Part shown: positions 47,814 to 58,407 of the stretch, one piece after another | Numbering within the stretch: the first letter of the stretch is position 1 | How the letters are laid out: each line of letters starts with the position of its first letter | From: Nitrospirota bacterium | Lineage (GTDB): Bacteria; Nitrospirota; JACRHJ01 | NCBI GenBank assembly: GCA_049801375.1 | Contig: JBARKJ010000042.1 | Span: forward strand, 28,703-92,702 | Direction of reading: 5' to 3' | Length of the DNA stretch: 64,000 bases | Notes under the pieces: model-generated | What the model was told of the DNA's origin: nothing | Seen by the model: the letters and a program-made list of their open reading frames with translations, nothing else | The model's database searches: none | Program-made: the position numbers and the translations under genes

Positions 47814-49589
47814 TCACTTCCCCCTCTTCGCGCGTACGCACTTGCATTTGAGTTCCTGCTTCACGGTTTTGCATATCAGCGTCTCGCCAGGCGGGCAGTC
47901 ACGGGGCCGGAACAGCATCTCGTTAATCGCCGCACCGGCGGGCACCATCGGGTAAACCTTTTCCGACTGGTCGCATACGAAATCCATGAACGTCGGCCTC
48001 TTTACCTTTATCGCCTCGCGTATCACGCCTTCCACGTCCGCAGGCTTCTGGGCCCGGAGCCCAACCGCGCCGTAAGCCTCCGCCACCTTCACGAAGTCGG
48101 GCGTCCCGGTGAGGCATGTGGAGGAGTAGCGTTTATTAAAGAACAGCTCCTGCCATTGCCGGACCATGCCGAGGAAGCAGTTGTTCAGTATAGCCACCTT
48201 AACCGGCAGGTTATGGAGCACGGCCGTTGACAGCTCCTGGATGTTCATCTGTATGGAGCCGTCGCCCGCAATATCGAATACGAGCTTATTCGGGAAGGCG
48301 AACTGTGCTCCGATGGCCGCCGGAAAACCGTATCCCATCGTGCCCAGGCCCCCGGAGGATATCCAGGTGCGCGGCTTCTTGTACTTGAAGAACTGCGCAG
48401 CCCACATCTGGTTCTGGCCCACTTCCGTCGTTATGATGGCGTCGCCCTTGGTTATCTCATAAATTTTTTCCACCACGAACTGCGGCTTTATCACGTCCGC
48501 CTGGTCGTAGTCCATCGGATGCTCGGCCTTCCAGTCCTCTATCCTGTCCAGCCAGACCTTACGGTGCGGATTGGCCTGCTCAGCCGCGTCGTGGATGGTC
48601 TTGTTCAAATCTTTAAGCACGTTCTTCACGTCGCCCACGATAGGCACGTCCACCCGAACGTTCTTGCGTATGGAAGTCGGGTCGATGTCTATATGTATTA
48701 TCTTCGCGCTGGGCGCGAAATCCTCCACCCGTCCGGTCACCCGGTCATCGAAACGCATCCCGATGGCGATAAGCAGGTCTGACTCGTGCACTGCCATATT
48801 GGCGAAATACGTCCCGTGCATCCCCAGCATGCCCAGTGAGAGCTTATGGTCTCCGGGGAAGCCGCCAAGGCCCATCATGGTCATCGTAACAGGAAGCTTC
48901 GCCGTCTCGGCCAGGTCCTTAAGCTCCGCCGCCGCCCCGGAGCTTATCACTCCGCCGCCGGCGATTATCACGGGCTTTTTGGATTTGGATATCGCGTCCG
49001 CCGCCTGCTTCACCTGCCAGAGGTTCCCTTTGAAGGTCGGGCGGTAGCTCCGGAGCTCCACCTTGTCCGGGTATTTAAAATCCGCCTTGCCTGTGGAAAC
49101 GTCTCTCGGAATGTCAACCAGGACAGGGCCGGGCCTGCCGGTGGTGGCGATATAGAAAGCCTCCTTTATCGTCCGGGCGAGGTCGCTTACGTCTTTAACC
49201 AGGAAGTTGTATTTCGTGCACGGCCTGGTGATGCCGACGATATCCGCTTCCTGGAAGGCATCGTTCCCGATCAGCATGGTTGGCACCTGCCCGGTAATCA
49301 CCACCATCGGGATGGAGTCCATGTATGCCGTCGCTATACCGGTTACGATGTTGGTCGCGCCGGGGCCGGACGTTACCAGGCACACGCCGGCCTTGCCGCT
49401 CGCCCTGGCGTATCCGTCCGCCGCGTGCGCCGCGCCTTGCTCGTGCCGGGTCAGGATGAGCTGGATGTCCTTTTCGTCATACAGCACGTCGAAGATGTGG
49501 AGTACCACCCCTCCCGGATAGCCGAATATATATTTCACGCCCTCTTTCTTCAGGGACTCTATCAGTATCTGCGCGCCTGAAAGTTTCAA
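47814..49589 (-). CDS. ilvB: Acetolactate synthase large subunit (ThDP-dependent)
   Basis: The TTG start ([27 protein letters not shown]) lies 7 nt after ggagg. The upstream in-frame ATG would run through a terminator hairpin and is rejected. The ThDP motif is [12 protein letters not shown]. Confidence 0.85.
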   Translation of the reverse strand: MKLSGAQILIESLKKEGVKYIFGYPGGVVLHIFDVLYDEKDIQLILTRHEQGAAHAADGYARASGKAGVCLVTSGPGATNIVTGIATAYMDSIPMVVITGQVPTMLIGNDAFQEADIVGITRPCTKYNFLVKDVSDLARTIKEAFYIATTGRPGPVLVDIPRDVSTGKADFKYPDKVELRSYRPTFKGNLWQVKQAADAISKSKKPVIIAGGGVISSGAAAELKDLAETAKLPVTMTMMGLGGFPGDHKLSLGMLGMHGTYFANMAVHESDLLIAIGMRFDDRVTGRVEDFAPSAKIIHIDIDPTSIRKNVRVDVPIVGDVKNVLKDLNKTIHDAAEQANPHRKVWLDRIEDWKAEHPMDYDQADVIKPQFVVEKIYEITKGDAIITTEVGQNQMWAAQFFKYKKPRTWISSGGLGTMGYGFPAAIGAQFAFPNKLVFDIAGDGSIQMNIQELSTAVLHNLPVKVAILNNCFLGMVRQWQELFFNKRYSSTCLTGTPDFVKVAEAYGAVGLRAQKPADVEGVIREAIKVKRPTFMDFVCDQSEKVYPMVPAGAAINEMLFRPRDCPPGETLICKTVKQELKCKCVRAKRGK

Positions 49590-49624
49590 ATCAAAACCTC
49601 CATGAAAATCAACTGTCAAAACCG

Positions 49625-49646
49625 CCACCTTTTTGAAAAAAGGTGG
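49625..49646 (-). terminator. Hairpin with T-run between ilvD and ilvB (terminator or attenuator-like)
   Basis: CCACCTTTTTgaAAAAAGGTGG. On the minus strand it is followed by CGGTTTT. Confidence 0.35.
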
Positions 49647-49702
49647 TGCCAAAAACTTTTGCATTGAAAAGCAAAAACTGTTTTGGGCTAAACCAATAAC
49701 AA

Positions 49703-51355
49703 CTACTTCATAACCGCGCCGGTATTGGCCGAAGTGACGTTGCGGGAATACCGCGCCAGCCACCCGGTTTTTATCTTAGGCTCCGGCTTCTTCCACGCCT
49801 TCATGCGTTTCGCAAGCTCGGCCTTTGTCACTTTTAACTCTATCTTCCTGGCCGGGATGTCTATGGCTATCTCGTCCCCGTCTTTTACGAACGCTATCGG
49901 CCCGCCCTCCATCGCTTCCGGACTCACGTGCCCGATGCAGGGGCCTTGGGTCCCGCCGGAGAAGCGCCCGTCCGTAATCAGGGCTACCGAATCCGCAAGC
50001 CCCATGCCGACTATGGCCGCCGTCGGAGAGAGCATCTCGCGCATTCCAGGGCCGCCTTTGGGGCCTTCGTACCGGATTATGACCACATCGCCAGACTTTA
50101 TCTTCCCGCCGAGGATTGCGGCCATCGCATCCTCTTCCGCATTGAAGCACTTGGCACGGCCTTTGAACTTCATCATCTTTTCGGAGACGGCGGTCTGTTT
50201 GATGACGGAACCCAGGGGTGCAAGGTTCCCGGTAAGTACGGCTATCCCGCCTTCTTTATGATAGGCGCGCTCGACCGTCCTGATTATCTCGTCGCTTTCA
50301 GGCTTCGCGTTCTTTGCTATTTCTTTTACCTTGAACCCGGATACGGTAATCCCGTCCTTCAGGCGCGAGATAAGCCTTGACATCACTGCCGGGATGCCGC
50401 CCGCCGCGTCTAAATCTTCCATATAGTATTTGCCGGCTGGCAGAAGGTCCGTGATGTGCGGCGTCTTTTTGCTTATCTCGTCAATCGCCGATAACGTTAT
50501 GTCTATACCGGCCTCATGCGCTATGGCGGGTATATGCAGACAGGTATTCGTGGACCCGCCAAGCGCCATGTCCACGGCTATTGCGTTCTCGAACGCCGCC
50601 TTAGTTAGAATCTTATCAGGCGTGATGTCTTTCTTTACCAGCTCGACGATCCGCTCGCCCGATTCATAGGCTATCCTGCGCTTTTTGCTGGATACCGCGA
50701 GCGCCGTGGCGCAGCCCGGAAGCGACATCCCTATCGCCTCGGTGACGCATGCCATCGTGTTCGCGGTGTAAAGCCCCTGGCAAGCGCCGGGGCCGGGGCA
50801 GGCGCATTCTTCCAATGCGCAGAGTTCGGCCTCGTTTATCTCACCCTTGCGGAAGCGGCCGACCGCTTCGAACGTGCTGAAGGTCAGGTTCTGCCTCTCC
50901 ATCCCAAGCCTGCCGGACATCATCGGCCCGGCCGTTACCACTATAGACGGAATGTTCAGTCTCGCCGCGGCCATAAGCATTCCGGGCGTAATCTTGTCGC
51001 AGTTCGTAAGGAGCACAAGCCCGTCAAGGGCATGCGCCAGGGTAATGGACTCTACCATATCGGCGACAAGCTCGCGGGAAGGCAGGGAGTAGTGCATCCC
51101 GGCGTGTCCCATGGCTATGCCGTCGCAGATGCCTGGTATGCCGAAGATGAAGGAATACCCGCCGCCGGAATGGACGCCTTTTTCTATGTAGCGCTCCAGG
51201 TCCCTCATGCCTATATGGCCGGGGATAAGGTCCGTGAAGCTGCTCGCGATTCCGATTAGCGGCTTTTCCAGACCCTTCCTGGTTATCCCGGTGGCGAAAA
51301 GGAGAGCGCGGTTTGGAGCTCTCTCCACTCCTTTTTTTATCCTGTCGCTCCTCAT
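49703..51355 (-). CDS. ilvD: Dihydroxy-acid dehydratase
   Basis: 550 aa. It is ILVD/EDD family, with the Fe-S Cys motifs CDGIAMGH and CPGPGAC. Confidence 0.9.
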   Translation of the reverse strand: MRSDRIKKGVERAPNRALLFATGITRKGLEKPLIGIASSFTDLIPGHIGMRDLERYIEKGVHSGGGYSFIFGIPGICDGIAMGHAGMHYSLPSRELVADMVESITLAHALDGLVLLTNCDKITPGMLMAAARLNIPSIVVTAGPMMSGRLGMERQNLTFSTFEAVGRFRKGEINEAELCALEECACPGPGACQGLYTANTMACVTEAIGMSLPGCATALAVSSKKRRIAYESGERIVELVKKDITPDKILTKAAFENAIAVDMALGGSTNTCLHIPAIAHEAGIDITLSAIDEISKKTPHITDLLPAGKYYMEDLDAAGGIPAVMSRLISRLKDGITVSGFKVKEIAKNAKPESDEIIRTVERAYHKEGGIAVLTGNLAPLGSVIKQTAVSEKMMKFKGRAKCFNAEEDAMAAILGGKIKSGDVVIIRYEGPKGGPGMREMLSPTAAIVGMGLADSVALITDGRFSGGTQGPCIGHVSPEAMEGGPIAFVKDGDEIAIDIPARKIELKVTKAELAKRMKAWKKPEPKIKTGWLARYSRNVTSANTGAVMK

Positions 51356-51425
51356 TTGGTACCTTTCTATTTGAAAAAAATCGGGAATTAACTTTTTACC
51401 ATACTTAAAAGACTTAAGTCAACGA

Positions 51426-51465
51426 ATAAAAAAGAAGGGAAGAACCTTGTAAGGCTCTTCCCTTC
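51426..51465 (-). terminator. Rho-independent terminator downstream of the DUF465 gene
   Basis: GAAGGGAAGAACCttgtaaGGCTCTTCCCTTC. On the minus strand a T-run follows. Confidence 0.45.
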
Positions 51466-51492
51466 CCTTCCGGATTCGTGCCGGGCCTATTT

Positions 51493-51720
51493 TTATACGA
51501 CTGCCCTAAGATCGTGTAATATCTCGAACATCCTGTCCTTTTTGGCTAATTTCTGTTTTTGGAGGGTTTTCTTTTCGACTTCTTCGACTGGGGTGAGATG
51601 TTTTACGTTCTCAAAATGCTGCTTAATCTGCTCGTCAAGTTCCCTGTGCTCTTTTTCCAAGCGGCGGAACTCTTCGTTCTCCCGCCTGGCATAACCGATC
51701 AATTCTTCGCTGTCCTCCAT
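51493..51720 (-). CDS. DUF465 (YdcH-like) small coiled-coil protein
   Basis: 75 aa, charged and helical. The motif F..L..EH..LD..I matches the DUF465 family. Confidence 0.5.
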   Translation of the reverse strand: MEDSEELIGYARRENEEFRRLEKEHRELDEQIKQHFENVKHLTPVEEVEKKTLQKQKLAKKDRMFEILHDLRAVV

Positions 51721-51810
51721 CTTTACCTCCTCAATTTTGTCCTTGAAGGTTAAGAGGCTCTTTCAGTCCCAATATTATAGTTGGAAATGTAACACATCTG
51801 TAACCAAAGT

Positions 51811-52281
51811 TCAAGGGCTTTTTTCCAGGACGGACCGGATATCGGAGAGCCACATTATAACGGCGTTATCCCCCGGCGATTCATAGTAATTCTTCCGAAG
51901 GCCAGCCTCCTGAAATCCCATGGATTTATAAAGGCTTATAGCCGCATGGTTCTTTTCCCGGACTTCCAGCGTAGCCGCCCGCGCGCCCCTTTCATAGCAG
52001 AACCGAAGACCCTCCCGCACCAGTTTTGAGGCTACCTTCAGCCTTCTGTAACGCGTCCGGACCCCAAGGTTCAGGATGTGCATCTCGTCGATAAGCATCC
52101 AGAAACATATGAAGCCGACAAGGAAGCCGGACGGCTCGCGCGCAAGAAGTATAAAAGAATAATCCCTGTTCAGTTCGTCAAGAAACAGTTCCTCGGTCCA
52201 GGGCCAGGAGAATATTTCCCGCTCCAGTTCCATGACCTCCGTGAGGTCGTCCGACCCCATTTCGCTTATCGTTATCTCCAT
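51811..52281 (-). CDS. GNAT-family N-acetyltransferase, RimI-like
   Basis: 156 aa. The acetyl-CoA-binding motif is RRLKVASKLVREGL...ARAATLEVR. It is adjacent to tsaB, as rimI typically is. Confidence 0.6.
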   Translation of the reverse strand: MEITISEMGSDDLTEVMELEREIFSWPWTEELFLDELNRDYSFILLAREPSGFLVGFICFWMLIDEMHILNLGVRTRYRRLKVASKLVREGLRFCYERGARAATLEVREKNHAAISLYKSMGFQEAGLRKNYYESPGDNAVIMWLSDIRSVLEKSP

Positions 52282-52356
52282 GCGATATACCTACCAGAAA
52301 ACGCGGGAATGTTCAAGGGCCTTGAAAAGGAGGGCGAAATCTGGCATTCTAAATTC

Positions 52357-52914
52357 ATGGACATATCAAATTTCATATTGGACAAGGACGATTCCCTCCT
52401 GCTCATCGTGGACATCCAGGAACGTCTGGCGTCTGTAATGAAGTACCGCGAGCAGGTAGCAAAAAACGTGAACCTGCTTGTCGAGCTTGCGCGGATGCTG
52501 GACATCCCGGTGGTGGTATCGGAGCAGTACCCGAAAGGCCTCGGCCACACAGTCGCTGAAATAAAGGAGACGCTTCCCGTTTACGCGCCGATTGAGAAAA
52601 TATCATTCGACTGCTGCGGCGAGCAAGGCTTCGTTTCCGAGATTAAAAAACGCGGGAGAAATAAAATAATCGTCACCGGCATGGAGAGCCATATCTGCGT
52701 GCTCCAGAGCGTCCTGGGCCTGCTTGGTTCCGGTTATGTTCCCCACGTCGTATCGGACGCCGTATGCTCGCGTACGAAAGAGAACTGGAAGACCGGTATA
52801 GAGATGATGCGAGACACGGGAGCGGTAATCACTTGCACGGAGGCGGCGCTCTTTCAGCTGCTGAAAGAGGCAGGGACGGAAGAATTCAAGGCGATATCGA
52901 AATTAATTAAATAA
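52357..52914 (+). CDS. Isochorismatase-family cysteine hydrolase
   Basis: Start at MDISNFILDKDDSLLLIVDIQ (ATG 52357). The catalytic-triad context is D19, K and C in GMESHICVLQS. It is about 186 aa. Confidence 0.7.
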   Translation: MDISNFILDKDDSLLLIVDIQERLASVMKYREQVAKNVNLLVELARMLDIPVVVSEQYPKGLGHTVAEIKETLPVYAPIEKISFDCCGEQGFVSEIKKRGRNKIIVTGMESHICVLQSVLGLLGSGYVPHVVSDAVCSRTKENWKTGIEMMRDTGAVITCTEAALFQLLKEAGTEEFKAISKLIK

Positions 52915-52937
52915 TAGAGGGCGGTCGGATATCGCTG

Positions 52938-53618
52938 TTAACCCACCTTCTCCTCCGCGTCCGACTTCCGTATATATAACGGCGTCAGCGACATCGGGTC
53001 CGCGGCATTTCCCGCCTTTATATCCTTCAGTCCCCTGAAGGCCACCGTCGCGCCCGATGGGTATCCGTATGCCTTCGGAGCGAAAAGCGCCTGACAGCAT
53101 AACTGTCCTCCCAGAAGTTCCCGGTAGACGTACGCACCCTCGCCAAGGAAAACCGTAGGCTCCTCTATCGCGTCCACCAGTTCGTCCGGAGTAATCACGG
53201 ACGGCGGCAGGATGACCCTTCTCACCGTATCCGTTATCTTGTAAATTGCGCAATATACCATCTTTTTCCGGGCGTCCAATACTGGCGCGACCTGGTGGCG
53301 GCAATACGGAAGGTTATCCGCCAAAGCCTCCAGGCTGTTCACCGCCGCGACAGGTTTCCCCGAAGCGTACGCCATCGCCTTAACCGCCGCAATACCGATG
53401 CGAAGCCCCGTGAACGAGCCGGGGCCGACGCTTACCGCAAAGCCGTCGATGTCGTCCAGCGTCAGGCGCGCGGATTTCAGGAGCGTGTCGATATGCTCCA
53501 TCAGCCGCTCCGAATACGTCAGCGAGATATTCGTCCGCATCTCCGCAATAAGCAGCTCATCGTCCACTATCCCCACCGCGCCCATCATGGTGGAGGTGTC
53601 TATGCCTAAAATTTTCAT
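52938..53618 (-). CDS. tsaB: tRNA threonylcarbamoyladenosine biosynthesis protein TsaB (YeaZ)
   Basis: 226 aa. MKILGIDTST...AVSVGPGSFTGLRIG is the Kae1/YgjD-like fold without the metal-binding His pair. Confidence 0.8.
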   Translation of the reverse strand: MKILGIDTSTMMGAVGIVDDELLIAEMRTNISLTYSERLMEHIDTLLKSARLTLDDIDGFAVSVGPGSFTGLRIGIAAVKAMAYASGKPVAAVNSLEALADNLPYCRHQVAPVLDARKKMVYCAIYKITDTVRRVILPPSVITPDELVDAIEEPTVFLGEGAYVYRELLGGQLCCQALFAPKAYGYPSGATVAFRGLKDIKAGNAADPMSLTPLYIRKSDAEEKVG

Positions 53619-53690
53619 ATGCGGTGATGGTATAGGAAGCAGGAACCATTTTCAAGCACAAAGGGCAAGCGAAGTGGTCGGACAGGTACT

Positions 53691-54929
53691 TTATACCCGC
53701 CCGATAACCAGCGCCGCGTTCATCCCGCCGAAGCCGAAGGCATTGGACAGCACGTAATCCACTTTCGCCTTGCGTCCGGTATTCGATATGTAGTCCAGGT
53801 CGCAGTCCGGGTCCGGGTCGGTGAGGTTCAGTGTCGGCGGGAGGTATTCGTTCTGAATCGCCAGTGCGCAGATGGCGGCTTCTATCGCGCCGGTCGCGCC
53901 CAGTGGATGCGCGTGGAAGGGCTTCGTCCCGCTGATGGGGACTTTATACGCGTGTTCGCCAAGGGCTCTTTTTATGGCGGTAGTTTCGTTTTTGTCGTTC
54001 ATCATTGTAGAACTTCCGTGGGCGTTGACATAGCCTATCTGTTCCGGTTTAATACCCGCCTGACCGAGCGCAATTGTAACAGCACGCGCCGCGCATTCGC
54101 CGTCGTCGCGCGAAGAAGTCATGTGGTAGGCGTCGTTGGTGAGGCCGTAGCCAAGGACCTCCGCATATATCCTCGCGCCGCGCTCCATCGCATGACCCAT
54201 CTCCTCCAGAATCAGCGCCGCGCTCCCCTCGCCCATTATAAACCCGTCGCGGCCGCCGTCGAACGGGCGACACGCGCCTTCCGGGTCGTCGTTCCTTGTA
54301 GTCATTGCCTTGATTAACGTGAACGAGCCGAATGTAAGCGGAGAGAGAGGCGCTTCCGCCCCCCCCGCGATAAGCACGTCGGCACGGCCCGCGCGGATCA
54401 TCTCGAACGCCTCTCCCACGGCCATCGTCCCCGATGAGCAGGAGTTCGAATTGGTGATATTCGGGCCGGTCAACCCAAGCTCGATAGCTATATGGCAGGA
54501 GGACGACGCGCCAAAGACAAGTGTGGCGAGGGCAGGATTTACGCCCTTCAGGCCCTTCTCCCGGTACACGTCGTGCTGGCTCTCCGCGAATGCTAAGCCG
54601 CCCAGGGCGGAGCCTATGACGATGCCTGTCTGCGGGTTGCGTGAGACATCGAGATTAGCGTCCTCGATTGCCATCCGGGCGGATGCGACCGCGAACGCCG
54701 CAAAGCGGTCGATCCTTTTCAAAACCTTTCCGCGTACGAAATCGGAGGCGCTGAAGGCCTTTATCTCGCCCGCGACTCTCGTCCTGAAGCCGGAGGCGTC
54801 GAATGAGGTTATCCCGCTTATCCCGGAGCGGCCCTGGAGAATACCGTCCCAAAGCCCGGAAACGCCAAATCCTATTGGCGTCAACGCGCCGATGCCGGTA
54901 ATTGCGACCCTTCTCCTGCCGTCAGGCAA
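53691..54929 (-). CDS. fabF: 3-oxoacyl-ACP synthase II
   Basis: 412 aa. The Cys-His-His active site is present (SSCSSG, YVNAHGSST, NAFGFGGMN). Confidence 0.9.
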   Translation of the reverse strand: MPDGRRRVAITGIGALTPIGFGVSGLWDGILQGRSGISGITSFDASGFRTRVAGEIKAFSASDFVRGKVLKRIDRFAAFAVASARMAIEDANLDVSRNPQTGIVIGSALGGLAFAESQHDVYREKGLKGVNPALATLVFGASSSCHIAIELGLTGPNITNSNSCSSGTMAVGEAFEMIRAGRADVLIAGGAEAPLSPLTFGSFTLIKAMTTRNDDPEGACRPFDGGRDGFIMGEGSAALILEEMGHAMERGARIYAEVLGYGLTNDAYHMTSSRDDGECAARAVTIALGQAGIKPEQIGYVNAHGSSTMMNDKNETTAIKRALGEHAYKVPISGTKPFHAHPLGATGAIEAAICALAIQNEYLPPTLNLTDPDPDCDLDYISNTGRKAKVDYVLSNAFGFGGMNAALVIGRV

Positions 54930-55395
54930 CTTGTTCTCTCCCGCCGCCTTCGGCGATTTCCTTTATTTTTTTCAGTGTCTTTGAAGCGATATTATGGACG
55001 AAGAAACGGCCGACGATATATTTTGCTACAAACGTCCCAAGGACAGGCCCCCAATCCGGGTCGAACTCGTGGATTATCCTGACCTGCGTCACCTTCCCCC
55101 GCTCAGTCGTCTTCTCTTTGATGATCCATTCCACGTACATTCCGGTGGTGGGGCCGCCGATATGCCGGAAGATTATCTTGCCCATCTCAGGCAGAGGTTT
55201 CTGGATGGATATCCATCTCACTGGTATGCCGTCCCGGCTCGCCGCCATCTCCACCACTCTGTGGTCTCCCTCTTCTTTAAGGAGCGTCACCCGCCGGTAA
55301 TGAGGGAGCCTCGCCGGCCATTTCAGTACGTCCCAGGCAAGGTTATAAACATCTTCCGCCGACGCGTTTATGCTGATGGTATTTTCAGTGAACAC
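54922..55395 (-). CDS. SRPBCC-superfamily ligand-binding protein (Coq10/polyketide-cyclase-like START fold)
   Basis: 157 aa. The stop overlaps the fabF start by 8 nt. The helix-grip signature reads ...WDVLKWPARLPHYRRV...VEWII...; it is similar to Coq10-type quinone or lipid binders. Confidence 0.6.
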   Translation of the reverse strand: MFTENTISINASAEDVYNLAWDVLKWPARLPHYRRVTLLKEEGDHRVVEMAASRDGIPVRWISIQKPLPEMGKIIFRHIGGPTTGMYVEWIIKEKTTERGKVTQVRIIHEFDPDWGPVLGTFVAKYIVGRFFVHNIASKTLKKIKEIAEGGGREQVA

Positions 55396-55442
55396 GGCGT
55401 CCTCTCCTCGTCTCCACGTTCTTCCAGTCTATCACCCGCAAC

Positions 55443-56666
55443 TCAATAAATTCCCCACGTCCGCCCGGAATCCATATCGTCAAAAATTTTGCTGTACTCC
55501 TCCAGAACTCCGGTCCTGAACTCTTTCTCGACCCTTACGGCTTTACGCATGTAGCGCTCGCAGTGACCGCAGTTGGAACAGTCGGTCGTACGGCAGTCTT
55601 TGTCCCTGAACCCCCCTAAAAACCCGTCCAGCTTTTTATTGTCGATATAAACCGGCTCGCCTTCCGGAGCGCCAAGAAGTCCGCGCTTTAGCGCGAGCCC
55701 CCTTATTTTCATAAGCCTCGTGAGCTTCACATCTCCGGGGCGGAAAAAATATTTCCAGAAATGCGCGGCCTTTTTAATCCCGCCAGCCGGCTTTTCTTTA
55801 TAGCCGTATGGCTGGATGAGGTCCAGCAGGTTTCCCTCGAAGCTTCCTCCGGCGTATGCCCGTATCCTTTTCAGCATCGCCGCCGCCGGAGCGCCCCGTT
55901 CGAGTATCTTAAAGTTATTATAACCTAAAATCCGGTATTGTCCCAGGTCCTCCGGGCGGATGAATTCCGAACGCAGGAAGTTCACCGGCTCCCGGAGCTT
56001 CAGACAAGAGCACTTTAGGGCGCACCAGTCTATCATAAACCCCCCGCTCCGGTGCCCTTTCTGGGAAGCGTGGGACAGGTTTACCATGTGCTGGCCGGAT
56101 AGCGGGCAGAACATCAGGCAGTTGGAGTTCGCGATAAGCTGAAGCTCCAGGCCGACGGCTTTCCGGATTGCCGTGAGTAGCTTGAAGTTCCTGTTCACGG
56201 AAATGGATTCCAGCGTAATGCAGTCCGCGCCCATCTCCTCCCAGAACTTAGCCTTGGCAATGGAATCCACCCGCGCATAAACCCCAACTCGTACCGTCAG
56301 GGAGGGGTTATGCCGCTTTATCACGGGCAGGATCGAGGGCAGGGATATCGTGACGCTCCGGGCGCCTATGGACTCCGCGAAATCCAGCGCACCCCGCAGG
56401 GCCTTTTGGCCTTTCCGCGTATACTCCATATTGTCCATGCAGGCGGCGTTTAAGAGGTAGTTGAAGCCGATGCCTTTTTTCTTCGCGGTTTCAATATAGT
56501 TACGAAGGGCGCGGGCCGAGAGGGGAGCGAGCATGAACGAGGCCCTGCCGCCGCCGACAGGGTCTGAGGGGAGCTTGCCGAAAAGCTCCGAGACCGGCAG
56601 CCCGGAAAGTCCCTCTAAAAATCCTTCCTCGAAGCAGGCCGCGACGGAAAATTTTAGATCGGGCAT
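55443..56666 (-). CDS. Peptidase U32-family protein with Fe-S-type Cys clusters (UbiU/UbiV/RlhA-like O2-independent hydroxylase family)
   Basis: 407 aa. The TIM-barrel-like core reads RSVTISLP...GADCITLES...ELQLIANSNC. The cysteines are C-x3-C...C-x3-C-x-C, plus a C-terminal CRTTDCSNCGHC motif (C-x4-C-x2-C-x2-C). The family call is made by eye at moderate confidence. Confidence 0.5.
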   Translation of the reverse strand: MPDLKFSVAACFEEGFLEGLSGLPVSELFGKLPSDPVGGGRASFMLAPLSARALRNYIETAKKKGIGFNYLLNAACMDNMEYTRKGQKALRGALDFAESIGARSVTISLPSILPVIKRHNPSLTVRVGVYARVDSIAKAKFWEEMGADCITLESISVNRNFKLLTAIRKAVGLELQLIANSNCLMFCPLSGQHMVNLSHASQKGHRSGGFMIDWCALKCSCLKLREPVNFLRSEFIRPEDLGQYRILGYNNFKILERGAPAAAMLKRIRAYAGGSFEGNLLDLIQPYGYKEKPAGGIKKAAHFWKYFFRPGDVKLTRLMKIRGLALKRGLLGAPEGEPVYIDNKKLDGFLGGFRDKDCRTTDCSNCGHCERYMRKAVRVEKEFRTGVLEEYSKIFDDMDSGRTWGIY

Positions 56667-57457
56667 CAGATGAACCCCACAAGGGACATCCTCCAGAAAT
56701 GCCGCCTTCTGACCATGAATTCCTTTAACCCCGAAGCCTGGGCGAGCCTTTTCATCTCGCCTGGAGTAAAGGACCTGCGGACGGATAACGGCCCGTCATA
56801 GCGGGTGTACTTATTGCTCGTGAAGAGCCTGGAGATTATCCAGATGAGCGCCCAGGGGATAAGGTTTCGCCTCAAGTCCCCCGCGATTACGGCAAAACGT
56901 GAAACACGCGCCATCTCCTTGAGGAAACGTAACGCGTCTTCCTCGCTCAGATGGTGCAGGACCAGCGAGCAGTGGACAATATCGAAACTATCGTCGGGAA
57001 AAGGGAGACTGAGGCCATTCGCCAGAGCGTATGAAATTTCATGAAACTCACGGTTCCAGGCCCTCCCTTGCCCGAGGACGGATAAATTTAAATCTGCCGC
57101 GACGGCAAGTACCTTGAAGCCCATCTTCCCGGCATGTCTTGCCATCGCGGCGGTTACGTCCGCCGAACCTGCAGCAACATCCAGGATTCTCAGATCTCGC
57201 CCGGCCTCATTTTTGTATTTCAAGCCCCACTTGGTACTATTTTTCACCTCGTTTATTTGCCATTCTGCCCCACTTTTTCTTTTTACTTCCCTCCGGCGAA
57301 GGACGAGATCCAAATCGCGCAGGGCGGAATTTATCCCTCCCAGCCGCAGATTCACCTGGCGGATGTCCATCAGGCTGCCTGATAGCTGACGCTCATCCTG
57401 CGCCTCTAAAGGCAGGTCGAGTAGCTCCGGGTCCGTACGCCTGCGGGGCGCGAACAT
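56666..57457 (-). CDS. Class I SAM-dependent methyltransferase, UbiE/MenG-like
   Basis: 263 aa. Motif I is RILDVAAGSADVTAAMA (compare UbiE LDLAGGTGD). The post-I acidic and hydrophobic motifs are present. Its 1-nt start/stop overlaps with mdh upstream and with the U32 gene downstream. Confidence 0.65.
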   Translation of the reverse strand: MFAPRRRTDPELLDLPLEAQDERQLSGSLMDIRQVNLRLGGINSALRDLDLVLRRREVKRKSGAEWQINEVKNSTKWGLKYKNEAGRDLRILDVAAGSADVTAAMARHAGKMGFKVLAVAADLNLSVLGQGRAWNREFHEISYALANGLSLPFPDDSFDIVHCSLVLHHLSEEDALRFLKEMARVSRFAVIAGDLRRNLIPWALIWIISRLFTSNKYTRYDGPLSVRRSFTPGEMKRLAQASGLKEFMVRRRHFWRMSLVGFI

Positions 57458-58389
57458 CAGAAACCGGTGGTTTCCTGGCCCTTCTTGACCGCCTCGACAG
57501 ACTTGTCGAAAGCCTCGCGCTCCTCTTCCGTAAGAGTAACCTGGAGTATCTCTTCCACACCGTCCATGCCCAGGATAACCGGCACACCTGTGAATGCGCC
57601 GGAGACGTTATATTCTCCTTCCAGGAGGACGGAACATGGCAGTATCCTCTTCTGGTCGAGAAGTATCGCCTGCGCCATGGCTGCTGCGGCTGCGGCCGGG
57701 GCATAATAGGCACTGCCGGTCTTGAGCAGCGAGACTATCTCTGCTCCGCCGTTCCTGGTCCTTTCAACAACGGAATCGATGGACTCCTTGTCCATAAGTT
57801 CGGTAATGGGTATCCCGGCGACGGTGGTATAACGGGGGAGCGGAAGCATCTGGTCGCCATGCCCGCCCAGAACAAACGCCTGGATGCTGTCCGCGGAGAT
57901 GCCAAGCTCGATGGAGATGAATGTACGGAACCTTGCGCCGTCCAGCACGCCCCCCATCCCGATGACGCGCTCCTTGGAGAAGCCGCTGACTTTCCACGCC
58001 ACGTAGGCCATGACGTCCATGGGGTTGGTCACGACTATTATCTTGGCATCAGGTGAGAGAGGCGCGGCGGCCTTCGTGACTTCGGATACGATTTTGACGT
58101 TCGCGGCCAGCAGGTCGTCCCTGCTCATTCCGGGCTTGCGGGCCATCCCGGCCGTGATGATTATGAGGTCTGAGCCGGCAGTTTCATCATAGGTGTTCGT
58201 CCCGACGATATCTCCGCTTATTCCCACAATCGGCGCGGACTCAAGGAGGTCGAGGCCCTTTCCCTGGGGCACCCCCTCCACCACGTCCACCAGCGCCACG
58301 TCGCCCAGGCGCATTTCCAGCATTTTTTGGGCCACGGTGGCTCCGACATTACCGGCGCCAATTACCGTTATTTTGTTTCTTTTCTGCAA
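57457..58389 (-). CDS. mdh: Malate dehydrogenase (LDH-like, NAD-dependent)
   Basis: 310 aa. It has [10 protein letters not shown], the catalytic His in VLGGHGDQM and the Arg for substrate binding. Confidence 0.85.
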   Translation of the reverse strand: MQKRNKITVIGAGNVGATVAQKMLEMRLGDVALVDVVEGVPQGKGLDLLESAPIVGISGDIVGTNTYDETAGSDLIIITAGMARKPGMSRDDLLAANVKIVSEVTKAAAPLSPDAKIIVVTNPMDVMAYVAWKVSGFSKERVIGMGGVLDGARFRTFISIELGISADSIQAFVLGGHGDQMLPLPRYTTVAGIPITELMDKESIDSVVERTRNGGAEIVSLLKTGSAYYAPAAAAAAMAQAILLDQKRILPCSVLLEGEYNVSGAFTGVPVILGMDGVEEILQVTLTEEEREAFDKSVEAVKKGQETTGF

Positions 58390-58407
58390 GGCCGCCTCCT
58401 TTTTGAA

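Noticed and set aside
47814-49763. Long 649-aa reading of ilvB and its internal ATG start at 49664
   Set aside because: The extension translates the ilvD-ilvB spacer, including the terminator-like hairpin. The conserved IlvB N-terminus starts at a TTG with a good RBS at 49589.
57139-58056. 305-aa + strand ORF
   Set aside because: It lies antisense to the UbiE-like methyltransferase and mdh, and it is Pro/Gly/Arg-rich junk.
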